This document shows, in pieces, positions 62,185 through 64,000 of a stretch of 64,000 nucleotides of DNA. The DNA lies in NCBI RefSeq assembly GCF_963676685.1, contig NC_092357.1, positions 5,766,001 through 5,830,000 of the forward strand, given 5' to 3'. Positions within the stretch are counted from its first letter, which is position 1. The number at the start of each line of letters is the position of its first letter. The notes under the pieces are model-generated. The model was not told where the DNA came from, did no database searches, and saw nothing but the letters and a program-made list of their open reading frames with translations. Made by a program: the position numbers and the translations under genes. This stretch comes from Mytilus edulis. Lineage: Eukaryota.

Positions 62185-62763
62185 AATGACAAATTATGAA
62201 GTTGAACGTGTTAAAATCCCTGAATTTGTTTGACATGCAATGACAAATGATGACATTGTACATGATGATATCACTGAAGTTGTTTGAAATTTAATGAGAA
62301 ATGATGACACTGTATATTCTAATATAGCCGAAGTTATTTGATATTCAATAACAAACGATGACGTTCTGAATGCTGATATCACTGAGGTTATATGATATTC
62401 AATGACAAATGATGACGTTCTACATGCTGACATCACTGAGATCATTTGATATTCAATGACAAACGATGACGTTCTACATGCTGATATCAATGAGGTTATT
62501 TGATATTCAATGACAAATGATGACGCTCTTCATACCGATATCGCGGAGGTTATTTGATATTCAATGACAAATGATGACGCTGTACATGCCGATATCACTG
62601 AAGTTGTTTAAAACTCATTGACAAATGATGACGTTCTACATGCTTATATCGCTGAAAGTATTTGATATTCAATGATAAATGATGACGCTTTACATGTCGA
62701 CATCGATGAAGATGTTTGATATTCAATGGACAATCGCCGATATAGCTGAAGTTATTTTATATC
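62185..62763. repeat. Tandem repeat, 10 x 54 bp plus a partial unit, no indels
   Basis: Consensus aatgacaaatgatgacgttctacatgctgatatcactgaggttatttgatattc; unit starts 62185 to 62725 are exactly 54 bp apart. Confidence 0.95.
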
Positions 62764-63179
62764 ATTTGGCATTATAGTTCAATAAACTTTCATTTATAAT
62801 CTATCATATCAATAAACTATAATGATCTTACGATATTTATAACTACATCAATTCCTTTGGTATTTCATTGTGATTATTTGATGAATATTTCATGTACAAT
62901 TCATATTATTTGATTTGTGAATACAGGTTCATCATTGTTCATAGATTGATTACGTCATTAACACCCGCATTGCGTCTTCTGGGGATGTTTTGATAAATAC
63001 ATTCTATAAGTATGCAAGTACTTATATTATATAGATTTTAAAATAACTCCTTATATTACATGTGTCATGTTATATGCGATTATAGATATTGCTTCTGGTA
63101 TGCAGAAGCTCCCATAATGCATGTTTTCTACAACTGTATATCAGATTTATGAAAGGTTAACTTAGAATTTTGTATCTAG

Positions 63180-63720
63180 TCCGGCGGCTACAACCATATT
63201 TCAGACGAATTGTGCACATCCTGCTACAAGCATGAAATTTGGCATAGACCTTCCTCAACTATTACTCTTTCATTTCAGATAGGGAGGCATTTGAAAAAAA
63301 TATCTCACTTCCGGTAAAATTCAAAATGGCGGACATCATACTTGAATCAGCCTAATATCGAAGGCTAGTATGTGAACAGGTGTTATTATCATGCCACTAG
63401 CATGATATTTGGTACAAACCTTTGTTATGCACTACTTTTGGATATATTATATAGTTTATATGTCTTCAAAAAAAAACCCTACTACCAGTAAAACTTCAAC
63501 ATGGCGGACATGGTACTTAAATAAGCTTTTTTTTAGTGAGGGTAATTGAAATGTGTTTTAACGTATTGCTACAATCATTACATTGTGCAGCAACCTCTCT
63601 TTGGTGCTTCTGATGGATACAATGTATAAGAGATATGTCTTAAAAACCCTTATAACTACCGGTAATATCCAAAATGGCTGACATAGAAATATCAATTTAT
63701 TGGTGTAACACCACTAATTC
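63180..63720. repeat. Three degenerate ~174-bp tandem units, Helitron/Helentron-associated satellite-like
   Basis: catgaaatttgg... and ct.ccggtaaaattcaaaatggcggacat recur at ~63308, ~63482 and ~63656. Confidence 0.6.
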
Positions 63721-64000
63721 AGGCCCGGCCAGAAAGCACATACCAGAAAGTAGTACATATTTAACACAAAATAGCTCCTACGCATGGACATAACTTTCAA
63801 TATATTTAGAATATTTTATTAATTTTGGTATGAAATGAAAGCTGCATGACTGGTGATCATTGCAGAACAATTTTTGACTGATAAATTTGAATAATAAAAA
63901 AATGGCATGAAATTTAAAAAGGAGGGTACATTTTGCCTTTTTGTCAGACCGGAAGTACCTGTTTTGGTACATCCGAAGTTCCGGGAACCAGTTCTTTCTT

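Noticed and set aside
63945-64000. ETS-like CCGGAAGT motifs as a promoter
   Set aside because: Short motifs at the window edge with no linked transcript evidence.

Overview
AT-rich, repeat-dense eukaryotic DNA with one 200-N gap (38047..38246). The repeat families suggest a bivalve, probably mussel-like, but that is inference. No intact host gene is recognisable. The main feature is a full-length, young L1/Tx1-clade non-LTR retrotransposon on the minus strand (6537..13290) with a 17-bp target-site duplication, poly(A) tail and AATAAA. Besides ORF1 (RRM-like region plus two CCHC knuckles) and ORF2 (APE endonuclease-RT-zinc finger, two in-frame TAA stops), it carries an intact extra 402-aa ORF with several hydrophobic segments between ORF1 and ORF2. 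This extra ORF is the best candidate for an undescribed system. Other mobile DNA includes many 5'-truncated Penelope-like copies, two families of repeats with minimal type I hammerhead ribozymes, a tRNA-derived SINE, several MITE/foldback elements, Helentron-like repeats and a decayed OTU protease domain. Tandem and duplicated structures include a 73-bp satellite built from a dispersed-repeat 3' end, an old ~8-10 kb tandem segmental duplication with decayed exon-like blocks, two 0.45-kb TIR units in direct repeat around a 1.2-kb spacer, and an indel-free 54-bp repeat that reads as tandem mini-ORFs. Boundaries of degenerate repeats were read by eye and are approximate.
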